From: Candidatus Collierbacteria bacterium UBA2277 | GTDB lineage: Bacteria > Patescibacteriota > Microgenomatia > UBA1400 > MFAQ01 | Assembly: GCA_002347045.1 (NCBI GenBank) | Contig: DDWV01000001.1 | Coordinates: forward strand, 553,201 to 614,743 | DNA length: 61,543 nt | Direction of reading: 5' to 3' | In this document: piece by piece, positions 1 to 9,211 of the stretch | Layout: every line of letters begins with the position of its first letter | How positions within the stretch are numbered: position 1 is the stretch's first letter | Made by a program: the position numbers and the translations under genes | The notes under the pieces: generated by a model | Seen by the model: the letters and a program-made list of their open reading frames with translations, nothing else | What the model was told of the DNA's origin: nothing | Database searches by the model: none

Positions 1-1
1 G

Positions 2-502
2 ATTGATCCTTTGGAGTATGTGGAGAAATATGGAACTGATGCGGTTCGCTATTTTTTGACAGCCGAGTTGTCTGTGTTTGAAGACTCTGATATGACTAAG
101 GGGCGATTTGAGGAAGCTTTTCAGGCAAACTTGGCTAACGGTATTGGAAATTTATGTGCTCGCGTAGCGGCTATGTCGGAGAAAGAAAACTTAAAGGTAA
201 GCCCTGAAAAAATGAGTATTCGAAATGAAGTGGTGGAAAAACTGGTTGGATATAAATTTGATGAGGCGATGGCTTTGATATGGGAAGAAATTAGAAAAGC
301 TGACGGTTTAATTAATCAAAGACTGGTATGGAAACTAGAAGGTGATGAGAAAACAGAATCTTTGACAGAGTTAGTAAAAATCATTCGCCAAATTGGAACC
401 GATCTTGAGCCTTTTATGCCTGAAACGTCTGAGAAAATTCTAAAACAGTATGGGGTTGAGGAAATCAAAAAATCGGAAAATTTATTTCAAAGACTACCAT
501 AG
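2..502 (+). CDS. metG: methionyl-tRNA synthetase, C-terminal fragment (5' end outside the window)
   Basis: The frame is open from the window edge. DPLEYVEKYGTDAVRYFL followed by NLANGIGNLCARV matches the post-KMSKS / anticodon-binding helical region of class I MetRS. Confidence 0.75.
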   Translation: MDPLEYVEKYGTDAVRYFLTAELSVFEDSDMTKGRFEEAFQANLANGIGNLCARVAAMSEKENLKVSPEKMSIRNEVVEKLVGYKFDEAMALIWEEIRKADGLINQRLVWKLEGDEKTESLTELVKIIRQIGTDLEPFMPETSEKILKQYGVEEIKKSENLFQRLP

Positions 503-1279
503 ATGCTAATAGATACCCATTGTCACTTGAGTGACGAAAAGTTTGATGATGTAAAGAAAACGATTCGTGAGGCTGTGTCGGCTGGAGTAGAAAAAATTTT
601 TATTCCTTCGGCGGATATAGAAGACTCAAAACGTTCTGTTTTGATTGCTGAACAAGAGAATTTGTATGCGATGGTTGGGGTTCATCCTGAAAATATTGAC
701 ACCATCAACGACACAGACGAAATGATCTATAAATTGGAGGAGATAATCGGAAAATCAAGTAGAGTGATCGGAGTGGGTGAGATAGGACTGGATTTTTTTT
801 GGGACAAAGAGAGGTTGACAAAGGAAAGGCAAATCGAGATATTTAGAGCACAGATGGAGTTGACGGTGAGACAAAAATTTCCAGTAGTAATTCATATGAG
901 AGAAGCTGAGGAAGAGATGTTGCAGGTATTGAAGGGTTTGACCTCGGTACCAAGAGGACAGTTTCATTGTTTTGCCGGGAGCGAGAGTTTTTTGGAGTAT
1001 ATTTTGGGGCTTGGATTTTATATTAGCTTTGCGGGAAATATCACCTATAAATCGGCACAAAATTTGAGAGATATGATCAAAAAAGTACCTTTGTCTCGAC
1101 TATTGTTAGAAACTGATAGCCCATATCTTTCACCTGAACCTGTACGGGGAAGGGTAAATAGCCCAGCTAATGTTAAAATAATAGCTACGGCAATTGCTCG
1201 TGAACTAAATTTAGAAACTGAAGAGCTGATTGAACAAACCGCAAAAAACACATTATGTTTGTATTCCTTAGATATTTAA
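503..1279 (+). CDS. tatD: TatD-family metal-dependent DNase/hydrolase
   Basis: N-terminal IDTHCHL, GEIGLDF, HMREA and ETDSPYL motifs are typical of TatD/YabD hydrolases. Its position directly after metG is the common arrangement. Confidence 0.9.
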   Translation: MLIDTHCHLSDEKFDDVKKTIREAVSAGVEKIFIPSADIEDSKRSVLIAEQENLYAMVGVHPENIDTINDTDEMIYKLEEIIGKSSRVIGVGEIGLDFFWDKERLTKERQIEIFRAQMELTVRQKFPVVIHMREAEEEMLQVLKGLTSVPRGQFHCFAGSESFLEYILGLGFYISFAGNITYKSAQNLRDMIKKVPLSRLLLETDSPYLSPEPVRGRVNSPANVKIIATAIARELNLETEELIEQTAKNTLCLYSLDI

Positions 1280-2760
1280 TCAATAAATATCCTCATAGAA
1301 GCCAACGAGTTTTAGAAATTTTACCAGGGTTTATCAGTTGGTCTTTTATCCTTTTCCCTATTTGGGGATCTATTTTTTGGCCTGTTGGAGTGGCTTATTT
1401 TATTATTTCTTTTAATGTTTACTGGCTGTATCGATCGGTAACACTTTCTGTGGCCTCAGTAATGTCTTATTACCGAATAAAGGCAGCGGAAAAATATGAT
1501 TGGATGGGTGACGTAAGAGGTTTTGCAGACTGGAAAGAGGTGAAACACGTGATTGTTTTGCCTACATACAAAGAACCAGGAGATATTTTAGTGAGAACTT
1601 TTCGAGCATTAGAAAATCAGACTATTGGAGCAAAACAGATAATACCGGTATTGGCTATGGAAGAAAGAGCCGGTGAAGAGATAAACGAAAGTAGAGTCCA
1701 ACAGATTAAAAAAGAGTTTGGGGGAAAGTTTGCTGACATAATTTTTTCTTACCACCCAGCTAACTTAACTGGAGAAGTGGTCGGAAAATCTAGTAATGCT
1801 GCGTGGGCCGGTATGGAAATTCGCAAAGAAGTAAAGAGGCATAAGGATTGGGATATAAATAAAATGACAATTTCTTCGGTGGACTGCGACGTGGCACTAC
1901 ACCCAAATCACTTGGCTAATTTGACGTATTCGTTTTTGGATGATCCAAATAGATATCACAAAATTTGGCAGGGGGCGATTGTTTTTTACAACAACATAGA
2001 AAGAATTCCCTGGCCAATGAGAGTATTCAATCGAATTGCATCTGTGAATAATATGGCTCAGCTGTCAAGGCCAGATCGTTTGATCAACTTTTCAACTTAT
2101 TCTATGAGCTTGAAGCTAATGGACGAGATCGATTATTGGGATACCGATGTAATTCCTGAGGACTATAGAATATTCTTTAAAACTTACTTTGCCACAGCAG
2201 GAAAAGTTGAAGTAGAGCCGTTGTACATATCGGTGTTTGCAGACGCAGCGGAGGCAGAAGGTTTTTGGAGCACATATACAAATACTTATGAACAAGTAAA
2301 ACGATGGGCCTGGGGAGCAAGTGACGACGCGTATATCATCAAGAGATATTTTTTGGACACAGAAGCTCCTTTTTGGGATAAAACAATTAGAGTTTTCAAA
2401 GTGATTGAGGATCACTTTATGTGGCCAGTAAACTGGTTTATTATTACCGTAGCAGCCAACATTCCCCCTCTTCTGAACCCAACTTTTTCTCGAACCGTGA
2501 TGGGGAAGACATTACCACAAGTGTCTTCAGCCATTCTTACTCTCTCGTTGGTGAGCTTGATTGCAATGATTTTAATCGACTTAAAAGCCAGACCAAAAGT
2601 TGAAGGATTGTCTCTTTGGAGAAAAATATTCTCTCCATTTGAGTTTGTGTTGTTGCCAGTTGTTGGATTTTTCTTCTCTGCTCTTCCTGGTTTGGATGCC
2701 CACACGAGACTTATGATGGGCCGATACATGGAGTATCGAGTGACAGAAAAAAAAGCTTAA
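1255..2760 (+). CDS. membrane-embedded processive family-2 glycosyltransferase (cellulose/chitin-synthase-like)
   Basis: N- and C-terminal TM segments flank a GT-A core (VIVLPTYKEP, DCD) and a Q-x-x-R-W motif (EQVKRWAWG). Confidence 0.65.
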   Translation: MFVFLRYLINKYPHRSQRVLEILPGFISWSFILFPIWGSIFWPVGVAYFIISFNVYWLYRSVTLSVASVMSYYRIKAAEKYDWMGDVRGFADWKEVKHVIVLPTYKEPGDILVRTFRALENQTIGAKQIIPVLAMEERAGEEINESRVQQIKKEFGGKFADIIFSYHPANLTGEVVGKSSNAAWAGMEIRKEVKRHKDWDINKMTISSVDCDVALHPNHLANLTYSFLDDPNRYHKIWQGAIVFYNNIERIPWPMRVFNRIASVNNMAQLSRPDRLINFSTYSMSLKLMDEIDYWDTDVIPEDYRIFFKTYFATAGKVEVEPLYISVFADAAEAEGFWSTYTNTYEQVKRWAWGASDDAYIIKRYFLDTEAPFWDKTIRVFKVIEDHFMWPVNWFIITVAANIPPLLNPTFSRTVMGKTLPQVSSAILTLSLVSLIAMILIDLKARPKVEGLSLWRKIFSPFEFVLLPVVGFFFSALPGLDAHTRLMMGRYMEYRVTEKKA

Positions 2761-2806
2761 TTTGAGCCTTGAATGCTATACTCAAGAGGTGTCAGGAAGT
2801 AAAAAA

Positions 2807-3136
2807 ATGTCAACTACGATTGTTTTGTTTTGGACGGGAATTGTGTTTATCCTGTTGATGGCTGGGGTGTTGGCTCTTTTTTGGAATAGTTTACCTCCGC
2901 AGTTGCCATGGTTTTATTCACTTCCTTGGGGTGAAAGTCAGTTGGTTGGTAAGATATGGTTCGTTTGGATATTTTTGGGCATGATTGTAACGATGATTAT
3001 TACTAGGCTGATAGCTAACTGGGCAGGAAAGAATGACACAACCGTACAGTCTACCATTATGATAGGTGGGCTAGTTACTGTGATTTTGATGATGGCCAGC
3101 TTTAGTAGAGTGATGATGATTTTTTTGATCAGATGA
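2807..3136 (+). CDS. small 3-TM membrane protein (hypothetical)
   Basis: The ORF has three hydrophobic segments. I prefer the ATG at 2807, preceded by AGGAAG, over the TTG at 2762. The stop overlaps the next gene as ATGA. Confidence 0.5.
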   Translation: MSTTIVLFWTGIVFILLMAGVLALFWNSLPPQLPWFYSLPWGESQLVGKIWFVWIFLGMIVTMIITRLIANWAGKNDTTVQSTIMIGGLVTVILMMASFSRVMMIFLIR

Positions 3137-4206
3137 ACCCAGTACTACTCATTACTGTTTTACCTTTTGTATTAGCTTTGATCGTTAGTTTGATAGTTAC
3201 TCCTCTAACGATATTTTTTTTCCGGAAAATGGGTTGGGTTGTAGATCCAAAAAAGACTCCTCATCCAGCTCACACACACAAAGAACCTGTTCCTAAGGGG
3301 GGAGGAGTTCCGATTTTTTTTGCAGTAACAGCAACCGTTCTGATTATCTTAAGACCGGATACTCATCTCCTGGCGATAGGAGTGGCTGGGTTGATTACTT
3401 TGATTGTTGGGCTTGTGGATGACATTAAAGGTTCAAGCCCATATGCCAGACTTCCCATGAATTTTTTGGTGACAGCGATAATTGTGGCTTCAGGAATTGG
3501 AATTGCATATATCAGTAACCCTTTTGGTGGAGTAATTGATCTTTCGTGGCCGAGAGTTGGTTTTGAACTTTTGGGAGAGAGTCATGAGATTTGGATACTG
3601 GCCGATATCTTTGCTTTACTTTGGATCCCCTCGCTAATGAACGCTATCAATTGGTCTTCTGGGGTGGATGGTCAGATAAGTGGTGTTATTACTATAGCAG
3701 CGGTGGTTTTGGGATTGATATCTCTGAATTACAGCGCCGACATTACCCAGTGGCCTGTGGCTACTCTGGCATTTGCAACAGCTGGTGCTTTTGCAGGACT
3801 GACAGTGTTTCATTTTTATCCACAAAAAATTATGCCAGGGTACTCTGGAACATCTTTGGCTGGGCTTTTGTTGGGAGTGATATCGATACTGGCAACGGCG
3901 AAAGTAGGAGCCTTGATTATTGTGTTGGGTATTCCATTGATTGATTTTTCCTATATTTTAATTCGCAGAATAATGTCAGGAAAATCACCAGTGTGGGGAG
4001 ACAAGAAACATCTGCACCACAAATTGATGGCAATGGGATGGGGAAAGAGAAGGGTAGCCTTGTTTTACTGGTTTGCGGCTGTGGTTTTGGGAGTGGCGGC
4101 ACTTAGCTTTGAAGCGAGAATAAAATTATTTATTATGATAGGATTGGTAGTATTAATGACCGGATTCATTATATGGCAGTACTCATCGCGCTATTCAAGA
4201 CAGTAA
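3133..4206 (+). CDS. polyprenyl-phosphate N-acetylhexosamine-1-phosphate transferase (MraY/WecA GT4 family)
   Basis: Polytopic protein with VDDIKG and NAINWSSGVDGQ motifs characteristic of the MraY/WecA/TagO family. Confidence 0.8.
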   Translation: MNPVLLITVLPFVLALIVSLIVTPLTIFFFRKMGWVVDPKKTPHPAHTHKEPVPKGGGVPIFFAVTATVLIILRPDTHLLAIGVAGLITLIVGLVDDIKGSSPYARLPMNFLVTAIIVASGIGIAYISNPFGGVIDLSWPRVGFELLGESHEIWILADIFALLWIPSLMNAINWSSGVDGQISGVITIAAVVLGLISLNYSADITQWPVATLAFATAGAFAGLTVFHFYPQKIMPGYSGTSLAGLLLGVISILATAKVGALIIVLGIPLIDFSYILIRRIMSGKSPVWGDKKHLHHKLMAMGWGKRRVALFYWFAAVVLGVAALSFEARIKLFIMIGLVVLMTGFIIWQYSSRYSRQ

Positions 4207-5105
4207 GACCAAGACAATGGCTAAAAAACTTTGCTCTTTTTGCAGCATTGATTTTTACGGGTTTTTTGTTTCATAAAGGGGCCTTCGGACTCGTAGTTCA
4301 AGCTTTTTTAGTGTTTACGATTCTCTCTAGCATCACCTATATTTTTAATGATCTTCTTGATGTCAAAGCTGACAAACAGCATCCATACAAAAAATTTAGA
4401 CCGATTGCGTCAGGTGAGTTACCAAGCTCTTTTGCTGTTTTTGTTCTAGTAGTTGGAGCATTTGTGGGGTTGACATGGGCTTATTCCTTGAACTATTTTT
4501 TCTTTATTAGTTGTTTGGTGTACTTGGGAGTTCAGGTTTTTTATACAGGCCTTTTGAAAAAAATTGCTATCGTTGATGTGATTATGATTGCCTTTGGCTA
4601 CTTGATCCGAGTGTACGCAGGAGCTCTTGTGATATCAGCCCACATGAATGTTTGGTTTCTGTTAACGGTAATTTCTGCATCGCTTTTTTTGGCCGTTGGA
4701 AAAAGAAGGGGAGAGATGACCCTTTTGATGGCTAGAGACAAGAAATTGGCTACTAGGGAGGCTCTAAAGAGGTATACCGAGCCATTACTTGACATCTATA
4801 CAGCGATGTTTGCAACCGCTACCTGGATTACTTATTCCCTGTTTACTTTTAACCATCCAAAAATAGTTCCAGACGGCAGGGCTTTAAGGCTCATTTCTGA
4901 ATTACCAAGAACACTAGTCTCAGAGAAATGGCTTATGATTACGATTCCTTTTGTTGTTTATGGAATTATGAGGTATTTACAACTAATCTATGAAAAAAAT
5001 GAGGGTGAAAGCCCAGAGAGAGTTCTTCTTTCTGACAAACCATTGATTATCACCGTCGGAGCGTGGATTGTGATGGTGATTGGAGTTTTGTACTATGTGC
5101 CTTAG
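4173..5105 (+). CDS. UbiA-family prenyl-phosphate phosphoribosyltransferase (decaprenyl-phosphate phosphoribosyltransferase-like)
   Basis: N-terminal VRPRQWLKNF signature and NDLLDVKADKQHP (UbiA NDxxDxxxD) in a polytopic membrane protein. Confidence 0.75.
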   Translation: MAVLIALFKTVRPRQWLKNFALFAALIFTGFLFHKGAFGLVVQAFLVFTILSSITYIFNDLLDVKADKQHPYKKFRPIASGELPSSFAVFVLVVGAFVGLTWAYSLNYFFFISCLVYLGVQVFYTGLLKKIAIVDVIMIAFGYLIRVYAGALVISAHMNVWFLLTVISASLFLAVGKRRGEMTLLMARDKKLATREALKRYTEPLLDIYTAMFATATWITYSLFTFNHPKIVPDGRALRLISELPRTLVSEKWLMITIPFVVYGIMRYLQLIYEKNEGESPERVLLSDKPLIITVGAWIVMVIGVLYYVP

Positions 5106-5986
5106 TTTACTATCTTAGCGTAAGTAGAAGAAATATATCCCCATTCTCCAGTTAGATATTCAATTTGGTACCAACCGGCTGTAGCAGACTCTTTGTATGC
5201 AAATTTATCACCCGGATTTACTTTGGCTAGTTCGTTTGAGGACGTAGAAGCTGATTCACGTACTTTTAACCAACCCGTTGGTGTCGTTAGGATTTCGACA
5301 TAAGGCTTGGCCAAAACAGCTGAGGGTGATGCTTGCTTGGGAAGAGGGGTGACTGTGGTGTTGGCTGGTGTGGGAGTGAGTATGGCAGCCGAGTCTGTGG
5401 CTATTGTTGGGGTTGGTGTAGGAGTAATGTCTAAAGCAGACATGGTAAGAGAAAGAAGAAGGCGAAAACCAGGCTGGACTGTGGCATTAACAATTTTGTC
5501 TTGATAACCAGGAGCAGTGAAAGTAAAGACGTGAGCACCGGAATCGATGTCAAGACTTAGAGGAGTAAATCCTTGTGGATTTCCATCGATACTGACAGTG
5601 GCGCTGGCGGGAAGACTAACGATATTCACAGCAGCAGCTTTGGCATTGCTAAGCTTTTCAAAAGATAGAGTGTAACTGTGTGACTTGTCTTGAGTTTCTC
5701 CAAACTCACGATGAACTGTAGTAAGTGTTCCTCCTAGCAAATTGACTTTTCCTTCCCATGTTTGACCACTATCTACCGCAGTAATCTGAACAGTGTATGA
5801 ACCTGGAACTTTGTTTTCTGCATAGTATGGTGTTTTTCCAACCGACTCCCCATTAATGACAACATTTGCGTCTGGGTGAGCAGTGACTTGGACACCAGCT
5901 TTTTTAGCAAAAGGATTGAGGCTACAGCCTGCGAGAAAAACAGAAAAAAGGAGTGCAACAAATGTTCTAGTGAATTTAGCTTTCAT
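5102..5986 (-). CDS. lipoprotein with two PEGA-like domains and a C-terminal SH3b-like domain
   Basis: Signal peptide with lipobox LAGCS. PEGA-like VVINGESVGKTPY and VSIDGNPQGFTPL. A Thr/Pro linker is followed by GWLKVRESASTSS...GWYQIEY. Confidence 0.6.
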   Translation of the reverse strand: MKAKFTRTFVALLFSVFLAGCSLNPFAKKAGVQVTAHPDANVVINGESVGKTPYYAENKVPGSYTVQITAVDSGQTWEGKVNLLGGTLTTVHREFGETQDKSHSYTLSFEKLSNAKAAAVNIVSLPASATVSIDGNPQGFTPLSLDIDSGAHVFTFTAPGYQDKIVNATVQPGFRLLLSLTMSALDITPTPTPTIATDSAAILTPTPANTTVTPLPKQASPSAVLAKPYVEILTTPTGWLKVRESASTSSNELAKVNPGDKFAYKESATAGWYQIEYLTGEWGYISSTYAKIVN

Positions 5987-6264
5987 GGTGTCTACAGTTT
6001 ACCAGATTTCGTACACGACGGACACCTGTTTTGAGATTTCAATATTGCTGTTTCCATCGGCGCCCTGTGACATCTTCTTTGGGGGTATACGCCTTGGAGT
6101 TGAGGCTAAAATCGCTATTTGGATTGGTTACAATTAAGGTCGAAACAGCAATAACTACTGCTCCAATGATTGATATTATTATTCCTCCCACAAATTAACT
6201 ATAGAGTGAAAGTAAAAATATATAAAGTGGGAATGACCTGAGTGTTGTAAAATACGAAGGTATT

Positions 6265-6336
6265 GGCCGGATGGCGAAGTGGAAACGCTGAGGTCTGCAA
6301 AACCTTCATGCGAGGGTTCGATTCCCTCTCCGGCCT
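6265..6336 (+). tRNA. tRNA-Cys (anticodon GCA), CCA not encoded
   Basis: Hand-folded cloverleaf. The acceptor GGCCGGA pairs with TCCGGCC. The anticodon loop is CTGCAAA and the T-arm is GAGGG-TTCGATT-CCCTC. It has a 5-nt variable loop, the discriminator U expected for Cys, and an A13:A22-type mismatch. Confidence 0.93.
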
Positions 6337-6350
6337 CAATATTGAGTGAT

Positions 6351-7436
6351 TTAGTAGAGATCCCCAGCCTTGATTACTGCTTCTAGTAGACGATTGGCAT
6401 AGCCACATTCGTTGTCGTACCAGGCAAGAATTTTTACGAGGGTACCATCGACAACTCGAGTCATGTCAAGATCTACAATACTGGACTCAGAACGACCAAT
6501 AATGTCGGAGGAGACGAGAGGCTCATCGGTGACAGCTAAAATCCCGCGATATCGAGGATTATTTGAGGCATCTCTGAATATTTGATTGATTTCCTCTACT
6601 GAAGTTGACTGACGAGTGACAAAGGTAAAGTCGGTAATTGAACCTGTAATCACCGGTACACGGAGAGAAATACCATCAAAAAGGCCTTTGAGCTCTGGAA
6701 TGGCTTGGGTAGCGGCAACTGCAGCGCCAGTGCCAGTAGGCACTATATTTTGGGCGGCTGCGCGAGCACGTCGAAGGTCTTGGTGGGAGTTGTCTTGAAG
6801 ATTTTGATCGTCTGTGTAGCCGTGAATGGTAGTAAGCATGGCTTTGAGAATTCCAAGCTTGGTATGGAGGATGTCGGCAACCGGGGCGACGCTATTTGTA
6901 GTGCAAGAGGCATTGCTAATTACTGAAAGAGCGCCCGTGCGTTCTTTGGTGATGATATCTTGATCATTTACGCTTAAAACAGCCGTGGGAATACCTTCTC
7001 CTTTTGCTGGAGCAGAGAGAACGACGAACCTAACACCTCCTTGAATGTGAAGAATGGCCTTCTCAAGAGTTGTGAAGGCTCCTGTAGACTCAATTACTAC
7101 CTCTGACCCATATTCTATCCAGGGTAACTTGGCTGGGTCACGTTGGGCTAAAACGGGGATTTTGAGGGTCCTTGAGGGGTGTTCTATGGTGATATAACCA
7201 ATAAGAGGCTTTTCGTCGGTGGCGTCTTTGGGATCTTGAACTTCTTCTGATGATATCGAGTAGGGGAGAGTGCCGTAGGCGGTGTCGTAGTGAAGTAGAT
7301 GGGCCCAGCCAGCAACATTTAATGAACCAGAAGTATTGATGGCCACGAGATTTGCGTCTTCGAGATGGCTTTTTAGCCAGACTCTAGTAACTGAACGCCC
7401 TATTCTTCCGAAGCCGTTGATTGAAAAATTAACCAT
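6351..7436 (-). CDS. gap: type I glyceraldehyde-3-phosphate dehydrogenase
   Basis: INGFGRIGR Rossmann start and the catalytic SNASCTTNS motif. Confidence 0.93.
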   Translation of the reverse strand: MVNFSINGFGRIGRSVTRVWLKSHLEDANLVAINTSGSLNVAGWAHLLHYDTAYGTLPYSISSEEVQDPKDATDEKPLIGYITIEHPSRTLKIPVLAQRDPAKLPWIEYGSEVVIESTGAFTTLEKAILHIQGGVRFVVLSAPAKGEGIPTAVLSVNDQDIITKERTGALSVISNASCTTNSVAPVADILHTKLGILKAMLTTIHGYTDDQNLQDNSHQDLRRARAAAQNIVPTGTGAAVAATQAIPELKGLFDGISLRVPVITGSITDFTFVTRQSTSVEEINQIFRDASNNPRYRGILAVTDEPLVSSDIIGRSESSIVDLDMTRVVDGTLVKILAWYDNECGYANRLLEAVIKAGDLY

Positions 7437-7458
7437 AAAGCAGGCAAATATTAACTAC

Positions 7459-8433
7459 TTAAACTTTAGCACTTTTGAGAGTTTCCAGCAGAGGATGAGT
7501 TCCTGTAGCTAAAAATTCTAACATGGCACCTCCACCTGTACTGACAAAATTAAAGGAGGTGTATTCGAACCCCAGAGAGGGTATGGCTGCAAGAGTATCG
7601 CCGCCGCCTATGACAGAAAATACTTTTGAGTCGATGATAGCCTGAAGAACAGTCTTGGTAGCTACTCCATGGACTCCATCTTCATAGTAGCCAAGGGGCC
7701 CGTTGAGCACAATAGTACGCGACATGTTTATAGCGTCGACTATTAGACTGGTAGTTTTTTCACTTATATCAAGGCCGTCTGGAGTACGATCTTCGGGCTT
7801 GCCAAGTTTTCCACCCAGGAATACTTGATCAAAATGTGGCATGATTTTTTTGATGATATCGAGTTTGTCAAGCTTGGCACCTGAAACAATTAGTAGGCTG
7901 GGGCGGGGAGGGTCGTTAATCACCTTTTTCAGAGTGGAAACCTCTTCGTCGAACCTAAAACCGGTCAATGTCGGTATAACTTCGGGTATTTGGGTTAAAC
8001 TGGCAGAAATTCGATAATTAGCGAATGAATCATATACATAGAGGTCGGCACCAAAAACAAGTTCTTCTGCGTATCCCCTATCATTTTTTTCTTCTCTTGG
8101 ATCGAAGCGAATGTTTTCTTGTAGGAGAAGAGGACTTTCCCCTGTCCACCTCTCCCCTGGAGAGAAACCCGAAGGAATGAGCGGAATGTCCCTATTTAGC
8201 AAGATATTTAGGCTCTTTCTGATAATTTCTAGGCTCAAGGTAGGATCAGAACCGTTTGGACGACCTAAATGCCCTATTATTATCGTCTTCCTGGCGTTTT
8301 CGAGACAGAACTTAATGGTTTTGAGTGAGGCCTGAAGTCGAAATTCGTTGACTACAAGCCCATCTTTGACGGGAACATCTAAATCTAATCGAAGGAGGAC
8401 GTTCTTATTTTTGAGATGGTCTTTTGTAATCAT
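7459..8433 (-). CDS. pgk: phosphoglycerate kinase (compact form)
   Basis: LLRLDLDVP, GHLGRP, IGGGDT and STGGGAMLEFL motifs. I prefer the ATG at 8433 (MITKDHLKNKN) over the longer ORF starting at 8526. Confidence 0.88.
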   Translation of the reverse strand: MITKDHLKNKNVLLRLDLDVPVKDGLVVNEFRLQASLKTIKFCLENARKTIIIGHLGRPNGSDPTLSLEIIRKSLNILLNRDIPLIPSGFSPGERWTGESPLLLQENIRFDPREEKNDRGYAEELVFGADLYVYDSFANYRISASLTQIPEVIPTLTGFRFDEEVSTLKKVINDPPRPSLLIVSGAKLDKLDIIKKIMPHFDQVFLGGKLGKPEDRTPDGLDISEKTTSLIVDAINMSRTIVLNGPLGYYEDGVHGVATKTVLQAIIDSKVFSVIGGGDTLAAIPSLGFEYTSFNFVSTGGGAMLEFLATGTHPLLETLKSAKV

Positions 8434-8560
8434 AGATAGATTAAGGATATAACAGTTTGCCTGCCGTAGGCTTGACTTATAGAGTTTGATATGGTATGAT
8501 ACTGTCCGCTTGAGAAATTCAAGCATTTTTTGTACTTAAGGCGGGCTTTTACCCGCGTTT

Positions 8561-9157
8561 ATGATACTAAATATACTACCAAAAACTCGAACATCTAACC
8601 CTATATCAAAACTCGTTAGACCGATGTTCGAAAAGAAAACAATTAAGTCTATTTTAGGCGGGGTGATATCCGTAACATCACTAGCCTCTGGACTGGTATT
8701 TTTACCAGTAGACCAGAGTGTTGTGGCAGCCAGTATTCAAACTTTAAACACTGATATTCCTGTAGAAACACGGAAGACTTTTGCTAATGTTTTACCTGAG
8801 TACACAGGTATTTCTCAAGGCTACCATTATGGCCACTTGGCAATTGATCTTACAGCTCCTTTGGGATCTAGTGTCTACCCTGTACGCGAAGGAGTGGTTG
8901 TAAAGGTACAAACCTTGAGATGGGACTATGGTAGAGCTGTGTGGATTGACAATGGCAAAAATACCATCTCTCTTTATGCCCATTTGGGGAAAATCTTTGT
9001 AAACGAAGGTGACAAAGTGAGTGTTGATAAACCTATTGGAGAAGTAGGACTAACAGGAAAAACAACAGGACCTCATTTACATCTTGAGATTTTAAGAGAT
9101 GGTAAAAACATTAATCCTCAGCCATACCTAGCTTTGGGTGAAGTAAACAAGAGGTAA
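8561..9157 (+). CDS. M23 family metallopeptidase, membrane anchored
   Basis: HLAIDL (HxxxD) and GPHLHLEI (HxH) motifs follow an N-terminal hydrophobic anchor. Confidence 0.85.
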   Translation: MILNILPKTRTSNPISKLVRPMFEKKTIKSILGGVISVTSLASGLVFLPVDQSVVAASIQTLNTDIPVETRKTFANVLPEYTGISQGYHYGHLAIDLTAPLGSSVYPVREGVVVKVQTLRWDYGRAVWIDNGKNTISLYAHLGKIFVNEGDKVSVDKPIGEVGLTGKTTGPHLHLEILRDGKNINPQPYLALGEVNKR

Positions 9158-9211
9158 ATATTTTCAACAAGTTTTGAAGTAAATTTGATTGATTTATCAG
9201 TCATTTGTTTT

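Noticed and set aside
6039-6191. A possible 50-codon GTG-started minus-strand ORF, absent from the track, encoding one TM helix (GGIIISIIGAVVIAVSTLIV...).
   Set aside because: I see no Shine-Dalgarno-like sequence and no recognisable family, and it is very short. It cannot be supported from sequence alone, but it is worth a conservation check.
6199-6408. 69-aa minus-strand ORF.
   Set aside because: It overlaps the tRNA-Cys gene and the 3' end of gap, and has no supporting features.
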